From NCBI GenBank assembly GCA_025453605.1, contig JALOPZ010000002.1:388631-452630 (forward strand): a stretch of 64,000 nucleotides of DNA. Reading direction: 5' to 3'. A program made the translations under genes and the position numbers. Of this stretch, positions 59,488 to 64,000 are shown piece after piece. Within the stretch, counting starts at the first letter, position 1. Every line of letters starts with the position of its first letter. Source of the DNA: Candidatus Margulisiibacteriota bacterium. GTDB lineage: Bacteria > Margulisbacteria > WOR-1 > O2-12-FULL-45-9 > XYB2-FULL-48-7. Below the pieces are notes generated by a model. That model was not told where the DNA came from, ran no database searches, and saw only the letters and a list, made by a program, of their open reading frames with translations.

Positions 59488-62400
59488 GCCGAGGTTAAAG
59501 TAGATCTGCTCTGTTCCGCCGCTGTCCAGCCCCCTGGCGTAACCGATCTTAAAACTGAAGAGATAATAGCTCCAAAAAGCGCTCCAGTCGATATTTAACT
59601 CCGCCCCGATCCCGCGTTTGAGCGGCATCTCGGTTATCCGGCCGGCGGTCGCATTCCCCAGATCAAAAAAGAGCGCCCCCCAGAACCGGTCGTAAAAGGT
59701 CATGCCGTAAAGCGGCCCGTTCTCCGGGTAGCCGAGCGGAAAGCGGTACTCCAGCGAACCGGCGGCCCCTTTATCACCGGTCAGATCACCGTAGTTATAA
59801 CCGCGGACATTGATGTATTTATAGTTAAAGTTCCCCTGCGCCATTTGGTGGCCGCGGCTGGCAAAGCCGTTCACCCTCGCCGCCAGGACGTGGTGGGCCG
59901 GCGGCAACCGAAAGTAGCTGCTCAGCACGCCGCTGTAGTTGGTGAAAGCAAAAGCGCTGTTCAGGTTCGGCGTATAGCTCTCCACTTTGCAGGAGAGATC
60001 GAACCCGTCTTCGTTGCTGATCGAAGCGGCATAAGCCCGGGTGTTAAGATAACGCCAGCCCAGGATCACGCCGTTCAAGGTCCCCCGGTCAGGGAACGGC
60101 GGGGTCAGACCGGCCGGATCGGTAACGCTGCTCAGGTTGATCGACTCCAGCCCGATCGTGAAAGCCTGTTTATCATATTCCCGGAACAGCCGGTTCTGGA
60201 ACCAGGAAAAGAGAAGACTGGCTGCCTGCTGTTCCTCCCAGTAGGCCTGGCCGCTCCAGTCGTAGCCGACCGTGTAGCGGTAGAGCCCGAGATTGATCTG
60301 CGGCGCGTATTGGTTATTGACGTAAGCGAGGGCGTAAAACGGTTTACCGGCGGCAAAATCCCACCCCCCGGTCAGCGAATAAAGGTGCTGGCCGAGCGGA
60401 TCGATCCCGGCCAGGTAGACCGACGTCTGGCCGCCGGTATTGGAAACGTAGCTCTCCGGCAGCCAGAACCGCGGTCTTAGCTCAGGCCACGGGTTGTAAT
60501 CCCTGATCGTCCAGCTTTCCGGTGACGCTTGCCGCTTTTCGCCCGACGTTTCGCGCTTCGCAACCGCCACCGCATTTCGCACTTCTGTCCAGCTAGCAGG
60601 GTTCAAGTCCAATACCGCGATATCATAACCGCGGGACGAATAAGAGACATAGGCCAGCTGCTTGCCGTCCGGGCTGACATCGGGCATCATCGCCCCGCCG
60701 ATCATATTCGTCACCTGGAATAATCGACCGGAAGCCAGATGTAAGGCGTACAGGTTAATGAAACCGGAATAGTCCGCATCGAAGAAAAGGTACTCGCCAG
60801 CCGGGGAAAAGACCGGGTTGGCTTCGCTGAACGCTCGGGTAAAAGGCCGGGCGGCATCGGTCAGTTCAACTTCGACCCCGGTCGCGGTATCGGCCAGAAC
60901 GATCACCTGGTTGCCGCTTGCCAGCTTCTTGGCGACCGCGATCTGCCGGTTGTCCGTTCCGAGGGCCGGGGCAAAATATTGGGCACCCGCCTCCGCCGAA
61001 AATATTCTGGTCTGGGCGAGACGGCCATTGTAAGCGGCAAAGGCCAGGCGCCGCTGCCCTCCCCGATTAACGATATAAGCAACGGTCTTACCGTCCGCGG
61101 CCAGGGTTGGGTCGGTCGCTCGCGCCCCTTCGCTCAGACGAGTGAGCCCGCCGCTCCCCAGGTCGAGCCGGTAAAGGTCCTTGTAAGTGTAATAATTGCG
61201 GTAAATATCCGCTTTAGCAAAGAGGAGCGACCGGCCATCCGGGGTAAAGGTAAAACGATCGTCACTGACCCGCGCTTCGAGCACTTTCTCGTCCCGCCGG
61301 TTGACGGGGTCGATCCGCCTGATCTGCGGATAGTCGTCCACGTTCTGCTGGAGATAATAAATGGCGCGGCCGTCGCGCGACCATTTGGGCTGCAGGTTGT
61401 AATTACCGCTCCGCGTCAACAGCCGCGGCTCGGTCAGCTTACCCAGCCCCGCGGCCTGCCGCTGATAAGTGAGCTTGCTCTTGTCCAGCCACTCTTGCCA
61501 GAGGGTTTTCAGGTTCTTACCGAAGTGGGCCTGGAACGCCTCGTCGATCCCGGTCGAAAAAAGGTAATCGCCGTAATCGTGGGTCAGCGCGATCAGTTCG
61601 CCCTCGCCGTAAGTTTTGGCCAGATACTGGAGGAACATCACCCCGTAAAGGTAGCGTAAATGGCCCTGCGGCCAACGGACGGTCGTCACCGCCGCCTGAT
61701 CGATGCTCTTGACGTTGTTCTCCAGCACGTCCATCCGCATCATCATCTGCCAGCGCGGGTCCCGCCCCCGGCCGGCGTTGGTGTAGGCGGTCTCCAGATA
61801 GGTAGCGATCCCTTCCGTCATAAAGGCCGGTTCGATCGCGTTGGGAAAGATCAGCCGGCCGATCACCGCGCGCGAGGCGGCAAAACCGTCCTCGACCATA
61901 TCCAGGTGGACGGCGTGGACATATTCGTGGAGAAAAAGATAACGGAGGTAATCGTCGTACTTGTAGGGGGTCAGATTGCTGCTTAGATCGGTCAGATAAA
62001 GAATGATGTTGGGGTACGGAAAGACCGTCGTCATTCCGTTACCATAGTCGGTCACGTCCATCAGCGCCACATGGGTCTTGAGGTCTAACCGGTATTTGAA
62101 GATCCCGCTGATCGTGGCGTGGACCTCTTCGGCCAGCGGCGCCAGCTGCCGCGCCTGCTCTTCGACCGCCGGATAGAAGTGGATGAAGAAGTGTTCGGTC
62201 TCCAGGGTTTTCCACTTTAGAGCGGGATCAAGATAGGTCGCGGCCTGGGCCGGCATGATCAGAGCAAGCCCCAGCAGCAGACCGGCCAGAACGGTCTTAA
62301 AACCCTTGACCAGAGCGTCGGCCAGCTCTTCAAACGACGGTGTCCGGCCGATGATCTCCGCGACGCTGACTGCGGTGAGGTCGTCAGACGGTTTTTTGAG

Positions 62401-62970
62401 AACGCGCAACATTTCCGCCGGGGTCTGACGGACAAAAACTGAGCCTTGCTGCAGCAAGGCTTTGCGGCCCCTCTTCTGTGCCGAGCCAACGATCTTTTGG
62501 CCGCCGACCACCACTTCATATTCAGCCGGGTAAGAGAAGCATAATGATGAATTCTCCGCCTTCGGCGGACCTAATGCCGAATTTTGGATTTCCGCCTGGA
62601 CTCCGCAACTATTTAAAGCGAAAACCACCGCCTCAGAGATTTTTTTGTACGCAGGGACCAGACCTTTGGGCAAGATCGGGTCATCTTTGTCCATGACCAG
62701 CGAGTATGTCACTTCCGCTTCGTTATGGAAGACGATCCCGCCGCCGGTCGGTCTTTTAATGACATCCCAGCCGCGCGCCGCCGCCAGTTCAACGTTGATC
62801 TCCGCATCTATTATTTGACTGTGGCCGAGCGTAATGCAGGCTGGCCGCCAGGAGTAGAGCCGCAGGGTTGGTGCGATCTTCCCCTGTTCAAAGTCGTGGA
62901 AGAGCTGGAGGTCGAACTCCATATTGGCCAGGCCGGTCGTCTGCGGAGTCTTTAGGAGTTGCCAGTCCAT
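59482..62970 (-). CDS. Fusion ORF: lipoate-protein ligase domain + signal-like segment + HExxH peptidase + PD40 propeller + BamA/Omp85-like barrel
   Basis: RPTGGG..H and KIVGSAQ...LQQGS; then [17 protein letters not shown]; HEYVH...EGIA; PKWSRDG, PDVSPDG; VRGY; terminal IYFNLGL. Confidence 0.85.
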   Translation of the reverse strand: MDWQLLKTPQTTGLANMEFDLQLFHDFEQGKIAPTLRLYSWRPACITLGHSQIIDAEINVELAAARGWDVIKRPTGGGIVFHNEAEVTYSLVMDKDDPILPKGLVPAYKKISEAVVFALNSCGVQAEIQNSALGPPKAENSSLCFSYPAEYEVVVGGQKIVGSAQKRGRKALLQQGSVFVRQTPAEMLRVLKKPSDDLTAVSVAEIIGRTPSFEELADALVKGFKTVLAGLLLGLALIMPAQAATYLDPALKWKTLETEHFFIHFYPAVEEQARQLAPLAEEVHATISGIFKYRLDLKTHVALMDVTDYGNGMTTVFPYPNIILYLTDLSSNLTPYKYDDYLRYLFLHEYVHAVHLDMVEDGFAASRAVIGRLIFPNAIEPAFMTEGIATYLETAYTNAGRGRDPRWQMMMRMDVLENNVKSIDQAAVTTVRWPQGHLRYLYGVMFLQYLAKTYGEGELIALTHDYGDYLFSTGIDEAFQAHFGKNLKTLWQEWLDKSKLTYQRQAAGLGKLTEPRLLTRSGNYNLQPKWSRDGRAIYYLQQNVDDYPQIRRIDPVNRRDEKVLEARVSDDRFTFTPDGRSLLFAKADIYRNYYTYKDLYRLDLGSGGLTRLSEGARATDPTLAADGKTVAYIVNRGGQRRLAFAAYNGRLAQTRIFSAEAGAQYFAPALGTDNRQIAVAKKLASGNQVIVLADTATGVEVELTDAARPFTRAFSEANPVFSPAGEYLFFDADYSGFINLYALHLASGRLFQVTNMIGGAMMPDVSPDGKQLAYVSYSSRGYDIAVLDLNPASWTEVRNAVAVAKRETSGEKRQASPESWTIRDYNPWPELRPRFWLPESYVSNTGGQTSVYLAGIDPLGQHLYSLTGGWDFAAGKPFYALAYVNNQYAPQINLGLYRYTVGYDWSGQAYWEEQQAASLLFSWFQNRLFREYDKQAFTIGLESINLSSVTDPAGLTPPFPDRGTLNGVILGWRYLNTRAYAASISNEDGFDLSCKVESYTPNLNSAFAFTNYSGVLSSYFRLPPAHHVLAARVNGFASRGHQMAQGNFNYKYINVRGYNYGDLTGDKGAAGSLEYRFPLGYPENGPLYGMTFYDRFWGALFFDLGNATAGRITEMPLKRGIGAELNIDWSAFWSYYLFSFKIGYARGLDSGGTEQIYFNLGL

Positions 62971-64000
62971 CGCAGGTCGGGCTCGCGGGCGGCCCTGGCT
63001 TCATCCAGGCGGCTGACGGGAGTGTGGTGTGGAGCGGACCTGACGAGCTCCGGATCAGTCGCGCATTCCCGGGCGATCTTGATCAGGGCAGCGCAAAAAG
63101 CGTCGAGCGTCGCCCGGGACTCGCTTTCCGTCGGCTCGATCATCAGCGCCTCCTCGACGATCAGCGGAAAATAGATCGTCGGCGGATGAAAACCGTAATC
63201 GATCAAGCGTTTAGCGATGTCGAGCGCCCTGATCCCGAACTTTTCCTTCTGCCACTTGGCCGAAATAACGAACTCATGCTGACAGGTCCGGTCGTACGGG
63301 AGGTAGTAATGGTCTTTCAACTGGTTCATCATGTAATTGGCGTTCTCGACCGCTTTTTCCGACGCGGCCTTCAGCCCGGCCGCCCCGAGCGACCGAATAT
63401 AAGCGTAAGCCCTAATTATGACGCCGACGTTACCGTGGAACGAATGGACGCGACCAATCGATCTGGGGTAGCTCTCGGCCGTTAGTTGGAAGCCGGCAGG
63501 CCCTTTAATTACCCTAGGAACAGGCAGGAAAGGTTCCAGCTTCCTGGTAACGCCGACCGGGCCGGAGCCCGGGCCGCCCCCGCCGTGCGGGGTGGAGAAT
63601 GTTTTGTGTAGGTTGAAATGAGCAACGTCAAAGCCCAGGTCGGCCGGACGGCAGATCCCCAGATTGGCATTGGCATTTGCTCCGTCGTAGTAGAGCAACC
63701 CTCCCGCCTGGTGCACCAGCTCGGCCACCTCCAGGATATGCTCATCGAAGAGCCCGAGGGTGTTGGGATTGGTCAGCATCAGGCCGGCGGTGTCATCCCC
63801 CAGCGCCTGCCTAAGCGCCGCCAGATCGACGTTCCCCCGCCCGTTCGATTTGATCACCACCGGCGTAAAGCCGACCATCGAAACGGAGGCCGGGTTCGTC
63901 CCATGCGACGAATCCGGAATAATGATCTTATTCCTCACTTTCAAATTTTGACTTTTTACTTTTGACTTATTCTCCTCGTGGTACGCTTTGATCATCATCA
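62952..64000 (-). CDS. gcvPB: Glycine dehydrogenase subunit 2 (5' part outside the window)
   Basis: [54 protein letters not shown]. Confidence 0.97.
   Translation of the reverse strand, partial: MMIKAYHEENKSKVKSQNLKVRNKIIIPDSSHGTNPASVSMVGFTPVVIKSNGRGNVDLAALRQALGDDTAGLMLTNPNTLGLFDEHILEVAELVHQAGGLLYYDGANANANLGICRPADLGFDVAHFNLHKTFSTPHGGGGPGSGPVGVTRKLEPFLPVPRVIKGPAGFQLTAESYPRSIGRVHSFHGNVGVIIRAYAYIRSLGAAGLKAASEKAVENANYMMNQLKDHYYLPYDRTCQHEFVISAKWQKEKFGIRALDIAKRLIDYGFHPPTIYFPLIVEEALMIEPTESESRATLDAFCAALIKIARECATDPELVRSAPHHTPVSRLDEARAAREPDLRWTGNS
63937..63968. repeat. Heptamer tandem repeat inside gcvPB
   Basis: ACTTTCA-AATTTTG-ACTTTTT-ACTTTTG-ACTT, encoding [11 protein letters not shown]. Confidence 0.8.

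Overview
A 64-kb, GC-rich, gene-dense bacterial window. Outer-membrane barrel genes together with csaB/DUF5693, DUF502, pdxJ and a tocopherol-cyclase-like gene point to a diderm Terrabacterium; a Saganbacteria/Margulisbacteria-like lineage is my inference and is unverified. Housekeeping blocks: groESL with a perfect CIRCE, ROK-hisH-hisA, rpiB/pdxJ/ispF, envelope glycosylation genes, prfB-secA-hpf-comF, tpiA/fba/two pfk, leuA, lipoate ligase and gcvPB. The main discovery is a ~16-kb minus-strand cluster (9771-25714) of almost entirely unannotatable proteins with no recognisable Sec signal peptides. Five copies of one promoter-like motif lie in it (YGCAAGTTTT-N11-[C/A]CCGATA, sigma-28/SigD-like); a sixth precedes a PorV-like barrel gene and a weaker seventh precedes a distant pseudokinase. 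The cluster holds two paralogous ~110-aa helical-hairpin proteins (one laid out like a major filament subunit), a 1986-aa protein of about five ~205-aa coiled-coil+hydrophobic-hairpin repeats, two proteins sharing a repeated helical module, an EF-hand protein and a GT2-TPR glycosyltransferase. I read this as the substrate/late module of a divergent type-III-like secreted appendage or translocon; no export-apparatus genes are in the window, so this is a hypothesis. Other oddities: a FabG-ACP-KS-CLF-YcaO-glycosyltransferase operon, three degenerate PlsC-like genes, a signal-peptide-bearing orphan Hcp, a lipoate ligase fused in frame to an outer-membrane peptidase/barrel protein, in-frame heptamer-repeat insertions and widespread leaderless gene starts. 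I saw no rRNA, tRNA, CRISPR array or transposase.
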